Of a stretch of DNA of 64,000 nt, positions 45,951 through 55,737 are shown one piece after another. This DNA comes from Candidatus Poseidoniaceae archaeon (GTDB taxonomy: Archaea > Thermoplasmatota > Poseidoniia > Poseidoniales > Poseidoniaceae): NCBI GenBank assembly GCA_938084675.1, contig CALKGM010000014.1:2454-66453 (forward strand), given 5' to 3'. Each line of letters starts with the position of its first letter. Within the stretch, counting starts at the first letter, position 1. The notes beneath the pieces were generated by a model, which worked only from the letters and a program-made list of their open reading frames with translations, searched no databases and was not told the DNA's origin. The position numbers and the translations under genes are program-made.

Positions 45951-47588
45951 TCAAGAGCAGGAAGAAAAGCGGGCTTCAGTATTGATTGCATCAGCGTATA
46001 ATGAAAGAGGTAGAACAGGCGTTCCATCGGACCACTTGCCCATTTCTGTCAACGTTTCCTCTTCCGTCATGTACTGGAACGCCCAATCAGCGGTAAAGGT
46101 GTCGTTTCGCCCATGCGCTACCAAAAAGTCAGCTTGTGCGTCAAATCGTCGATAGACACCCCAATCCGCTAGTCTGTCGTATGCAGGGTCGGTTTGCAGG
46201 TAATGGCTTGCCACCAGCCTGGGGAATCCATAGAGGTCTGAATGAACTTCTATGAGTTGATTTCGTTCATCAGGGAGTTCACTGAACATCTGCTGATGGA
46301 AAGCTCCGGGGCAAACACCCACACTCATGTCATCTTCAGTCACTGCAATTTGGACCATCGTATCTTCTGGTAAATTGGACAAATCGGGTTGCATTGACAT
46401 CCCCTTTGGTCGACTCGCTGGCGATTCTAATGCTACCACGAGTGCACGAGAACCCCACCCCTTGGCCAAGACTTCATCCAAAGTGATGAACGTGTATGCC
46501 CCTCCCAAACTGTGGCCACCAACCCACAGGGAGGTCGGGTCAATGGTGATGTTTCCTAAGGTAGTATCGAGGGTTGTAGAGCGGTTTTCACCAAGCAACA
46601 TCGTCTCCATATGGTCAATAGCAGCCCGAATGGCTGTGTTACGGTATTCGTGCTGCAAGAAATCTGACGTGCCTTCAAGATCTGTTGCTTCAAAGGATTC
46701 GTAACCATCAGGCCGGAGGTCTGATGGATATTGTAAGAGGGCCACAGCCATTCCTTTGGCTGCCAGATGGTCTATCCAATGTGTGTAGGCGTCAGGGTCA
46801 GGGTAACCAAAACCGTGCAAGAGGATACCAAGCGGAATGGTCTCAACGGGTTTATCTTCGGGAATGAGGGGCAGTGTCACGTGAACACTGAAGACAACAT
46901 CATCTTCCAAATTGCCTTGGATTGCAGCAACATCGCTCGGCATGGGGTATGGTTCAGAAAACCTCATGATTTCATACGGGCCGGGAGTTGAACCGTAACC
47001 AATTGTTGGGGCGTCAGGAGGAGAAGGTGCGAATCCTACCAAAGCAGGGATTCCAGGCATTAACATCCATGCCGCCAAAAATACACCGAAAAGATGAGCA
47101 ACTCTTGCGGATGAAATTCCCTCTGATGCAGTCGTTCTCAATCGCGGCATGCCTCCTCGGAGCAGAAGGAGCCAAAGGAAAACCCAGGCATAGAACATAG
47201 GAAGCATAAGGAAGGCTCCCCTGAGGTAAAACACATCCATTACAAAATGAATCGAGATAAGACCACTCATCAAACCCACGAGCACCAAAAGGCCTTCATT
47301 TGCTTCTCGTTCATATTTGCTTTCTGATTTCCAGCGATTGATGAAGTAGCCAAGAACGGGTACAATCATGAACAGAATCAGCGTTTGTTCTGTGGATGAA
47401 CGAAGGACAACCGTCCACTCCAATGAACGAACAGCATGAGGCCAGATGGCATCGACCGCACCGGTGCCTTGTGCGAGGCGAACAATTACTTCACCTAACG
47501 CAAGAAGGAAGCCCAATGTGAAGAGGACTGGCTGCCAGAAAAACGATGTACGCCAGTACGAACTGGGTATGACGAACTCCTCTTCCAT
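45951..47588 (-). CDS. Membrane-anchored alpha/beta-hydrolase (lipase/esterase-like)
   Basis: The N-terminal ~190 aa are polytopic. The C-terminal domain has the nucleophile elbow WVGGHSLGGAY and resembles chlorophyllase/PAF-acetylhydrolase. Confidence 0.6.
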   Translation of the reverse strand: MEEEFVIPSSYWRTSFFWQPVLFTLGFLLALGEVIVRLAQGTGAVDAIWPHAVRSLEWTVVLRSSTEQTLILFMIVPVLGYFINRWKSESKYEREANEGLLVLVGLMSGLISIHFVMDVFYLRGAFLMLPMFYAWVFLWLLLLRGGMPRLRTTASEGISSARVAHLFGVFLAAWMLMPGIPALVGFAPSPPDAPTIGYGSTPGPYEIMRFSEPYPMPSDVAAIQGNLEDDVVFSVHVTLPLIPEDKPVETIPLGILLHGFGYPDPDAYTHWIDHLAAKGMAVALLQYPSDLRPDGYESFEATDLEGTSDFLQHEYRNTAIRAAIDHMETMLLGENRSTTLDTTLGNITIDPTSLWVGGHSLGGAYTFITLDEVLAKGWGSRALVVALESPASRPKGMSMQPDLSNLPEDTMVQIAVTEDDMSVGVCPGAFHQQMFSELPDERNQLIEVHSDLYGFPRLVASHYLQTDPAYDRLADWGVYRRFDAQADFLVAHGRNDTFTADWAFQYMTEEETLTEMGKWSDGTPVLPLSLYADAINTEARFSSCS

Positions 47589-47632
47589 GGTGACTCAAGT
47601 CGTTTATTCTTCATCAAGATTCGTATAGAGCC

Positions 47633-49045
47633 TTAGACGCCTACGTTTCGTATTTCTGGAGTTTGGTCAGCAATAAGGAATTCAAGCATGGCCGCCCACA
47701 TGACGAATTCAATGCTCTTTTCGAGTTCCTCTTGGCCGCCGACTTCTGTGACCATATTGTCCAATGTGTCTGTTGGCGAGTGATAGGCAGAATAGTCATC
47801 ATCGTATGCGCCAAGGTGGAAGATTGTCTGAGCTCCTAAGTCGCGGAATGTGACGTGGTCGGAACGTCCGAATGTGTCCTCGTGTACATCCATGACGAGG
47901 TTGTAATGGTCGTCCCAATGTTGGTCACATCCAGAACCATAAGATCCTTCAATTCTCAAATCCATTGGTGCTTTCAATATGTTTCTGTGTACGTGGTCAA
48001 GTACGCTCGTAATGGCTACATCTTGTTCGTTAGGGTCAATATCTGGGCCGGACCATGCGTGGTAGGGGAACGGGTCACCGTTTGATTTGTGGGCGGGCCA
48101 TGAGACTCCCATCATGTCCATGTTGATGTAGAACTTCAGTTCCTTATCCTTTGGCAAGCAGTAGTCGCAATCGTTTGTGGCAAAGGCGTTTGAGCCCCGC
48201 AGTCCTTCTTCCTCACTGGACCAAAGGGCCAAAAAGGTATCACATTCAAAGGTCAAATCTACAAACGCTCGGGCATAAAGCAACATTGAGACAGTACCTG
48301 CAGTGTTGTCGTATGCTCCCTCATACGTGCCTGCAAGACTTCCAGGCGGTGCAACATCCATGTGTGCGCCCATGCCTTGAACGCAGGAATCGTTACGACC
48401 TTCCTTCCAAGCAATGATGTTCAAGCTTTCAGGTTGGGTCGGATTTCCATGGTCGATAACACGCATCATGTGAGTTTCATAGCCCAGGCCTTCAAAGTGC
48501 CCTTTGAAATAGACTGCTGCACGCTCAAATTGAGGATTTCCTGAACCCATCCAGCGGTTAATGTATCCACCACATTGGGTGGAATCAGAACAAACACTTG
48601 TGATGAAATCCATTTTGTCAAACCATTCTTCTCCGTTGACGATAGGTGTCCCCTCAACCGTTGGTATCTCAAGCAGGGTGGATAATCCATCAGGATGATA
48701 GATTGTTAAATTGGCTACAGTGGTGTAAGGAGTGGTTAGAATCTTACCTCCAATCTGACCTTCATCGCCGACCTTAATTTCTCCTGTTTGAACCAATGTT
48801 CCGTTGACGATGAGGAAAACATCCACCGGTACGACGAGTCGCTGATCTTCGCCAACGAGTATGAAGTCATGATATTCGCCCGCATTTAGGCTGATTTTGG
48901 AAGGATCTTGAGCATCGATAAGGAAAACGTCCGAGACTTCAACCTCTTCCGCTTCATTCTCTCCAAAGCAACCCGCAAGAGGTGCAATGAGCATTAACAG
49001 AACGAGGCCAAAAGCCCGTAGAGAGGCTTGATTGTTCCCTAGCAT
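47633..49045 (-). CDS. Secreted M28-family metallopeptidase
   Basis: Signal peptide with a lipobox-like LAGC. Also GAHMDVAPPG, SSEEEGLRGS, NMDMMG and YHSPTD blocks. Confidence 0.7.
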   Translation of the reverse strand: MLGNNQASLRAFGLVLLMLIAPLAGCFGENEAEEVEVSDVFLIDAQDPSKISLNAGEYHDFILVGEDQRLVVPVDVFLIVNGTLVQTGEIKVGDEGQIGGKILTTPYTTVANLTIYHPDGLSTLLEIPTVEGTPIVNGEEWFDKMDFITSVCSDSTQCGGYINRWMGSGNPQFERAAVYFKGHFEGLGYETHMMRVIDHGNPTQPESLNIIAWKEGRNDSCVQGMGAHMDVAPPGSLAGTYEGAYDNTAGTVSMLLYARAFVDLTFECDTFLALWSSEEEGLRGSNAFATNDCDYCLPKDKELKFYINMDMMGVSWPAHKSNGDPFPYHAWSGPDIDPNEQDVAITSVLDHVHRNILKAPMDLRIEGSYGSGCDQHWDDHYNLVMDVHEDTFGRSDHVTFRDLGAQTIFHLGAYDDDYSAYHSPTDTLDNMVTEVGGQEELEKSIEFVMWAAMLEFLIADQTPEIRNVGV

Positions 49046-49103
49046 GTTTTGCCGTCCCCCTCGTGCTTCATAGGGATTGGCCTTTGATGTTGTTCGGTTT
49101 GGT

Positions 49104-49769
49104 TCAATACGGAACGTCTTTCCATCCGATTTTGTAGCCGATGAGGTTGAAACTTCGGTGCAATATCGGGGTGATGAGGATGAGGAGAATCATTGGAAGG
49201 CGTAATTCTGATGCGGCGAGGACAGATGAGCCTAGGAACAGTTGACCGAAGAGGAATACCATGATTGCAAACGGTAGCGTGTCGAGCAAGGGGGCTTTTG
49301 AGGAAACATCGCCTTCTCGCTTTAGGCCACGTCGTCGCTTTACGAATGAGCCTGTGCTGTCGCCAAGAAGGCAGGCGAAACCTAAGAATGAGCCGAGAAT
49401 AAACGCTGTAAGGTTCGTTCCACCCAATTCAAACCATGCTCCAGATGAGCCAGTTAGCGGGGATGCAAACACGGTTGACCCGTCGTTAAACACAGTCCCC
49501 ATGCCTCCATTGTCTACTGCCGCTACCATGGCCATGCAGAGAAGTCCTGAGGTCATAGAGCCTCCAATGAGCCCATTCCATGTCTTGCCGTCTCCAAGAA
49601 TCCGGTTTCCATCACTCCAAACTTTGCCTCCGTCAATGGGCCAAGGTCCATATCCTGTCTTTGGTAGCCACTTTCCCCACATCATTGCAAACGTATTGGC
49701 TAGGAAGCCTGGAAGGTAGAGCCACAAGGTGAGCAAGCAAAGGAATAACAAATTCATGAGGACAACCAA
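49104..49769 (-). CDS. carS: CDP-archaeol synthase (DUF46/CarS family)
   Basis: LPGFLANTFAMMWGK...PIDGGKVWSDGNRILGDGKTWNGLIGG...GSFVKRRRGLKREG...LLDTLPF matches the CarS pattern (PID.G...DG.R.LG..KT..G ; SF.KRR ; LD.L.F). Confidence 0.7.
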   Translation of the reverse strand: MVVLMNLLFLCLLTLWLYLPGFLANTFAMMWGKWLPKTGYGPWPIDGGKVWSDGNRILGDGKTWNGLIGGSMTSGLLCMAMVAAVDNGGMGTVFNDGSTVFASPLTGSSGAWFELGGTNLTAFILGSFLGFACLLGDSTGSFVKRRRGLKREGDVSSKAPLLDTLPFAIMVFLFGQLFLGSSVLAASELRLPMILLILITPILHRSFNLIGYKIGWKDVPY

Positions 49770-49882
49770 CGCAACCGTTTAGGATACATCCAGTTGTCGT
49801 ACCGGATAGCATTTGATTGTTGCGAGGTATGCAGGTCAATGGTGCTGAATCCCAACGCTTTCGCAGAATTGGAGCCAAAAGG

Positions 49883-49953
49883 TGCGGATAGCGGGAGTTG
49901 AACCCACGACAAAAGGTTGGAAACCTCCTATGATACCACTTCACCATATCCGC
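49883..49953 (-). tRNA. tRNA-Gly (anticodon UCC)
   Basis: The revcomp reads GCGGATA-TG-GTGA-AGTGGTA-TCAT-A-GGAGG-TTTCCAA-CCTTT-TGTC-GTGGG-TTCAACT-CCCGC-TATCCGC-A. All four stems pair and the T-loop is TTCAACT. CCA is not encoded. Confidence 0.85.
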
Positions 49954-50014
49954 AGTGTAGCGTCCCTCCGAGCAACCCCTCCTCTTTGAGGGAATCGGTT
50001 CAGTTTTCAGCCGT

Positions 50015-53000
50015 TCACTTGCGTCGGTAGTCCTCAAACATCGAGCCACCACGGTCTCTTCGCACGGTTGGTTTAGGGGTTCGTACTTGCCGTTCGGAGG
50101 TCACTCGTGAGGTCGGCAAAGAGTCAATTCCACGGGCGAGCATCATTTCTTCCGCTGCTTCTCTTCGTCGCAAATCAGCCCTTGCATTCTTGCCCTGGCC
50201 TCTAAGTATCAACGCACCCATGAGGATAAACAAGACGAGGATCCCAGCCGCTGCTTGTACGACAGGTTGTTCCATTAACTGGGAAAGCGAAGAGGTCTCA
50301 TCCACAGTAAGCACCTCTGGAGCATTTGAATCGATAGTTGTGAGGGTTACAGTGACGGTATCCATTGGATTTTCTGCTCCCGGTTCCCGTACCATCAATA
50401 GGATTTGATGGGTGCCTGTTGTTTGTACGTCTCCAGAAAACATCACTGTTTGGCTGTTGCCCGATGTCGGGGTGAAGGTGAGGTATTGAGTCGTTGAATC
50501 ACCGATTACATTGTTCGTCCCCTGCCATTCAACACGGGCTGCAAAAGAAGTGGTCATGGTCGTAGATGCCGTACAGGTAAATGTAAACCTGGAACTCTCA
50601 GCAAGGTCAATAGAAATGCTCGTTGGTGAGCAGACCATGGTGCCTTCTGCGGAGTTCCGCTGTGCATCGTTTGGCCAGTGGTCAGGTTTGTATGCTCCGA
50701 GCGACGCATTGTCCCCCCAACCATCGTTGTCGCTATCAAAATGTTGACTCGCTTGGAGTGGGTACCAATCATCGACATCGGCCCATCCGTCTCCATCAGA
50801 GTCTAAACACCCTCTCTTTCCACCTTCTGTGGATGTTCCATTTTCCATGGGGCAGGTGTCGCCGTTGGTTCCATCAGCTTCATTTCCATATCCGTCGCCA
50901 TCTGTGTCAAACCATTGAGTTGGGTCTGCTGGCCATACATCGTTCTCATCACTTACTCCATCAGCATCAGCGTCTGGACATCCATAGCGGTCAACAGTTG
51001 AAGTTCCTGCAGTACTGTTGCAGTTATCTGGGGTCGTCCCCATTTCGTTGTCACCGTATCCATCACCATCCGCATCGTACCACTGGGTGGCATCAGTGAG
51101 GAAGAGGTCATTAGCGTCGGAAGCCCCGTCGCCATCTCCATCAACACAACCGTATCGGTCAATGGTCGATGTTCCGGATGTTGTTGGGCACGCATCTGGA
51201 TACAATCCTGATGCATTTTCGCCGAATCCATCGCCATCTGAATCAACGCTTTGTGTGACTTCATACGGCAATGCATCAGCACCATGGCTCGCATTCCAAG
51301 CGCTGGTATTACCCACGGCTTCGGTTGGGTCAGAAACACCGTCTGTATCACTATCCAGGCAACCGATTCGGTCGATGTGGGATGTGCCCGGAACATTTGG
51401 ACAAACGTCAGCCTGCGCTCCAGTTTGATTGTCCCCGAATCCATCGCCATCAGCATCTGACCATTGAGATGGTTCGGATGGGAAAGCATCGGTTAGGTTT
51501 GATACGCCGTCACCGTCATCATCAACGCATCCAAAACGATCAACCGTTGAAGTTCCACTTTCACCGGGACAAGCATCTGGCTGTATGCCGCTAGCGTTGT
51601 CTCCGTATCCGTCACCGTCTTGGTCAAGCCATTGAGTGGGGAGGTCGGGTAGGGAGTCAAGCGTGTTGTCCCATCCGTCTCCGTCGTTGTCAAGGCAACC
51701 GTATCTGTTGCCAAGCGTTGAATTTCCTGCTGAATTTACACATGCGTCAGCAAATACTCCGCCGGGGTTGTCTCCATATCCATCGCCGTCGGCGTCAGCC
51801 CACTGCGTTTGTTCGTCTGGATGACTGTCCTGGACATCTGCCCAACCGTCTCCGTCTCCGTCAAGGCATCCATAGGTTGAATTTTGCCATGAGGCACCAT
51901 ACTCGGACGGGCAAGCATCTGGAAGGTTTCCTGCAAGTTCATCACCGTAACCATCTCCATCTGTGTCATTCCATTGAGTTGATTCACTCATGAATGCGTC
52001 AGCCCCGTTAGCAATTGTCCATGATGAATCTGGGTCTGAGTATCCGTCGCCGTCTTGGTCAGGGCATCCTTTTCTGTCATGAATTGATGTTCCAGGGAAA
52101 TTTGGACAGTCGTCATCGATTCCATCATCGTATCCATCACCATCCGAGTCCCCCCATCGTGTGGAATCGTTTGGATAGGCGTCGGCACCGTCGTTTTCGG
52201 TCCATCCAGAATCTGGGTTAGAATATCCGTCTCCATCGGTGTCTGGGCATCCAAATCGGTCTTGGTTGGACGAGCCAGAAACGCTTGGGCAGTGGTCGCC
52301 ATTTGTTCCGCTAGGATTGTCTCCGAAGGTATCACCATCCGAGTCAACCCACTGCGTTGAATCGTTCGGGTCAAGGTCTGCTCCGTTGAGAATTGTCCAT
52401 CCCGAGTCCGCATCCGATGACCCGTCTCCGTCGGTATCCAAGCATCCAAATCGGTCTCGTGATGAGGCTCCTGCGGATGAAGGGCAGTCATCGCCCTGGA
52501 ATCCACTTGCTTCATCTCCGTAGCCATCAGCATCGGAATCACTCCATTGGGTTACTTCATTCGGGAATGCATCATCAAGGTCAGCATATCCATCACCGTC
52601 TGTATCCGTGCATCCCAATCGGCCTGCTTCAGTTGAGGTTCCGGCTTGTACAGGACATGCATCTGGATTGGTTCCTGCGGAATTGTCTCCGTATCCGTCA
52701 CCATCTCCGTCTGCCCATTGTGAGGCATCAGATGCAAATGCGTCTGCTCCGTTACCGGTAGTCCACCCTGAATCTGGGTCAGAATATCCATCCCCGTCGG
52801 TGTCGGTACAACCAAAGCGATCATTTGTTGACGTTCCGCTTACACTTGGACATCGGTCACCGTTTGTAGCCGGTGGGGGGTTGTCACCGTATCCGTCCCC
52901 GTCTCCGTCAACCCATTGTGTACTGTCGCTTGGAAAAGCGTCTGCACCATTGGATGTGGTCCATCCCGAATCGGGGTCGGAATACCCGTCAGAATCAACA

Positions 53001-55630
53001 TCAGCACATCCGTTTCTATCCTGGGAAGATGTTCCTGAACTAGAAGCACACGAATCTGCTCCGTTGGAAGTGGTCCAGCCTGAATCAGCGTTTGAGTAAC
53101 CGTCTCCATCTGCGTCTGTACATCCGTAGCGGTCCAGTGTAGAGTTTCCTGCTAGCGCCGGACACCCGTCCGCTTGGGTCCCAGCCGAGTTGTCTCCGTA
53201 TCCGTCGTAATCGGTATCCTCCCATTGGGTGGTGTCTGAAGGGAAGGCGTCAGCCCCGTTGTTCACGGTCCATCCTGAATCGGGGTTTGAGTATCCATCT
53301 CCATCAGTATCCGGGCAACCTACCCGGTCTTGAGTTGAGGTGCCTGCGACATTTTCACAGTCATCATCATCGTCAATCGTACCGTCTAGGTCAGCATCTT
53401 GTGTTAGGTTTGTCAGGGTGTAATCTCCTGTCATTGCAACGGCAAAGAATTGAGGGCCAGTAGGAACACTCGTTCCGAGAATATGTACTTCCCATGTGCC
53501 TTGGGCGGGGGAACTGAATTTTTCGGCGAGAAGATTGTCAACGCTGTTGCTGACGTTGGTCCATGTGCCACTTGGGTCTTTGACAGCGAGGTCAAGATTG
53601 TTCACCAAATTTGTTGAAGCAGTCGGTGTTGAGGCCGGATCGGTCCAAGCAAGAGAGATTGTGAAATCATCAGCGCTCGATGGAACAACAAACGACCAAC
53701 CGCTGTCGGCGCTGGTTGTCACTGACTCATCTTGAATCCAAGATGTGTTGATGGCCGCACTCATGTTGACTCGCCCCCAACCTTCGTGATTGTTTGGAGC
53801 AGTTTCTCCGGCCCCGTTTGTAGATGAACCGTATTGGCCGGCCATGTCGTGTGCACTTGCAGTGTAAATTGCTTTCACGAGGGCAGAAGTTGGATTAGCC
53901 TCACCAACGTTTTCAATCAAGTGTTCAAGGAGTAGAGCGGTTGCTCCAGCAGTGAGTGGAGTAGCCATGCTTGTTCCGCCCATGTAGGTGTAGGAGGCGT
54001 TGAGAGCAAGCCAACCTACATCGGTTGTACTTCGGGATTTAGTGGACAAAATAAAGGTTCCAGGTGCGGATATGTCGGGTTTGATTCGGTTGTCATCGGT
54101 GGGGCCTCGAGAAGAAAACGCAGCCATTCCTTCAGGGTTGTCAGCAAGTTTATCGGTTGAGATTGGAGAGCCGTATTTGGTGCTCCCCCAGACATAATTG
54201 AGATTTGAACGGGCGTTTTCAGACGCACCCACAGTGATGACGTTTTTTGCAGAGGCAGGTGACCCAAGCGAATCAAGGTCGATTTCACCGTTAGTGTTTG
54301 CGTCTACGCCTTCATTTGCGCCAGCAAAGAGGATGACCAATTCGTCGTAGGTTCTGGCACTACTATCGGCCTGCATAGAAGATGTTGTGTAAGCACCATT
54401 TTCCGGAGAGCCCCACGAATTGGTATGGATTCGGCTACCATTCGTCCATGCTAGCCTGAACAAATCGTCCAGATCGTTGGGGATTCCAATCAGTTCTTCT
54501 TCCCCGGCGAGGGTGGTAGCAATTGCGTGGAATAATAACTGAGATTCAGGTGCGGCTCCTTTAATTGCACCGTTGCTATGAGTTCCGTCACCAAGAACTG
54601 AGCCCGCTACATGCGTACCGTGACCGTCCAAGTCTTCAGCAGAGTCCCCACAAGGGCTCAGGCTGTAATACGTGCAGGTCGCAGCAGAAGGTGCGAAGGA
54701 AACAATACCTTTGATGTGGTCTTTGAAATCGGGGTGCATGGCTGAATTGTTGACGCCATTATCCAAGCCAGTATCTGCAACAGTGACGATGATTCCACTA
54801 CCGTCAAGACCACTCCAACCGCTGTCAATATTGCTCATTGTGGTGCCGTCCCAGAGGTCATCAACGTGCATGACTTCAATGCCTTCAGCGTTGAGGATTT
54901 CAAAGACCGGCTTTGCTTCAATCCATTCAATTTCATGATGTTGAGCCAGCCATGCGAGTCCACTTGCATCAATCGCCATCGTGGAGAACCGACCGCTGTG
55001 TGTATCAACGCTAATTCCAGGTTGTTGTGCAATGTTTTCAGGAAGGCTCGTTCCTGAGAGGACAACATTGACGATGGCGCCTGCTTGATTGACGAAGGGG
55101 TTCTCGTAGGTAGCATCAAGGCCACGAAGGCCCAAAACAAGGTCGGATTGGACCTTGTCAGTTGCGTCCATAACAGCGATTCCTTGGACGTCCAAAGCTG
55201 CGAGTTGTTGTGGAGTCTTGTCGTTTACATCACAGTGGAACGCAGCAGGGGGGAGGAATGAATGGCAGGTGATTCCGGCTGCATCCAATTCTCCAAACCA
55301 TGACGACGGTACGGGGTAAGAATGACTCAAAATGTGGTAACCATTCATGGTTTGGCCGCCGGTGGTATCGGTCCACTCGTCCGGAGAAATCATGGTCACG
55401 TCCCTGTAAAGAAGGTGGGTTGACGAAACACCGCTTTCAGGTGCTAACCAACCGTGTTCTGCGTCAGCAGTTGGAGATATCCCGAGTTGTTGGAGTGATT
55501 CAATTTCCGCTTCCGTCTCCACAGTAAATGATGCATTGGTGCCGACTGAGGCCCATGCAATTGGGGCGAGTACCTGCAAAAACAGGAGAGCCATAAGGAG
55601 CGTCGAGCACCGTTGAGTTCGGGTCAGCAT
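50015..55630 (-). CDS. Giant secreted subtilisin-like (S8) serine protease with Ca-binding-type repeat stalk and C-terminal TM anchor
   Basis: Catalytic triad blocks VTVADTGLD (Asp286), DGHGTHVAGS (His337) and GGTSMATP (Ser554, codon 53969..53971). Signal peptide at the N-terminus. TM AAAGILVLFILMGALIL lies near the C-terminus. Confidence 0.85.
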   Translation of the reverse strand: MLTRTQRCSTLLMALLFLQVLAPIAWASVGTNASFTVETEAEIESLQQLGISPTADAEHGWLAPESGVSSTHLLYRDVTMISPDEWTDTTGGQTMNGYHILSHSYPVPSSWFGELDAAGITCHSFLPPAAFHCDVNDKTPQQLAALDVQGIAVMDATDKVQSDLVLGLRGLDATYENPFVNQAGAIVNVVLSGTSLPENIAQQPGISVDTHSGRFSTMAIDASGLAWLAQHHEIEWIEAKPVFEILNAEGIEVMHVDDLWDGTTMSNIDSGWSGLDGSGIIVTVADTGLDNGVNNSAMHPDFKDHIKGIVSFAPSAATCTYYSLSPCGDSAEDLDGHGTHVAGSVLGDGTHSNGAIKGAAPESQLLFHAIATTLAGEEELIGIPNDLDDLFRLAWTNGSRIHTNSWGSPENGAYTTSSMQADSSARTYDELVILFAGANEGVDANTNGEIDLDSLGSPASAKNVITVGASENARSNLNYVWGSTKYGSPISTDKLADNPEGMAAFSSRGPTDDNRIKPDISAPGTFILSTKSRSTTDVGWLALNASYTYMGGTSMATPLTAGATALLLEHLIENVGEANPTSALVKAIYTASAHDMAGQYGSSTNGAGETAPNNHEGWGRVNMSAAINTSWIQDESVTTSADSGWSFVVPSSADDFTISLAWTDPASTPTASTNLVNNLDLAVKDPSGTWTNVSNSVDNLLAEKFSSPAQGTWEVHILGTSVPTGPQFFAVAMTGDYTLTNLTQDADLDGTIDDDDDCENVAGTSTQDRVGCPDTDGDGYSNPDSGWTVNNGADAFPSDTTQWEDTDYDGYGDNSAGTQADGCPALAGNSTLDRYGCTDADGDGYSNADSGWTTSNGADSCASSSGTSSQDRNGCADVDSDGYSDPDSGWTTSNGADAFPSDSTQWVDGDGDGYGDNPPPATNGDRCPSVSGTSTNDRFGCTDTDGDGYSDPDSGWTTGNGADAFASDASQWADGDGDGYGDNSAGTNPDACPVQAGTSTEAGRLGCTDTDGDGYADLDDAFPNEVTQWSDSDADGYGDEASGFQGDDCPSSAGASSRDRFGCLDTDGDGSSDADSGWTILNGADLDPNDSTQWVDSDGDTFGDNPSGTNGDHCPSVSGSSNQDRFGCPDTDGDGYSNPDSGWTENDGADAYPNDSTRWGDSDGDGYDDGIDDDCPNFPGTSIHDRKGCPDQDGDGYSDPDSSWTIANGADAFMSESTQWNDTDGDGYGDELAGNLPDACPSEYGASWQNSTYGCLDGDGDGWADVQDSHPDEQTQWADADGDGYGDNPGGVFADACVNSAGNSTLGNRYGCLDNDGDGWDNTLDSLPDLPTQWLDQDGDGYGDNASGIQPDACPGESGTSTVDRFGCVDDDGDGVSNLTDAFPSEPSQWSDADGDGFGDNQTGAQADVCPNVPGTSHIDRIGCLDSDTDGVSDPTEAVGNTSAWNASHGADALPYEVTQSVDSDGDGFGENASGLYPDACPTTSGTSTIDRYGCVDGDGDGASDANDLFLTDATQWYDADGDGYGDNEMGTTPDNCNSTAGTSTVDRYGCPDADADGVSDENDVWPADPTQWFDTDGDGYGNEADGTNGDTCPMENGTSTEGGKRGCLDSDGDGWADVDDWYPLQASQHFDSDNDGWGDNASLGAYKPDHWPNDAQRNSAEGTMVCSPTSISIDLAESSRFTFTCTASTTMTTSFAARVEWQGTNNVIGDSTTQYLTFTPTSGNSQTVMFSGDVQTTGTHQILLMVREPGAENPMDTVTVTLTTIDSNAPEVLTVDETSSLSQLMEQPVVQAAAGILVLFILMGALILRGQGKNARADLRRREAAEEMMLARGIDSLPTSRVTSERQVRTPKPTVRRDRGGSMFEDYRRK
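50690..53400 (-). repeat. About 20 tandem thrombospondin-type-3-like DxDxDGxxDxxD repeats (coding)
   Basis: Alternating units C(P/T)D(T/A)DGDGYSDPDSGWT..NGADAFP.D.TQW.D.DGDGYGDN..G...D.CP...GTST.DR.GC span aa ~745-1645. They generate many spurious antisense ORFs in the track. Confidence 0.8.
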
Positions 55631-55737
55631 ATGTTAACCAAGGGGTGGTACCTCATGAAAGATTGCATACGCGGACTGAAACGATTTTTCCTCGGTTCCT
55701 ATGGTTGCGAGGGTTCAAGAACAGCAAGCAGGGGGGC

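Noticed and set aside
49883-49953. tRNA-Gly as an integration site marking a genomic island boundary.
   Set aside because: There is no integrase, recombinase or transposase ORF on either side. I saw no duplicated copy of the tRNA 3' end nearby. The flanking genes (carS, S8 protease) look chromosomal.
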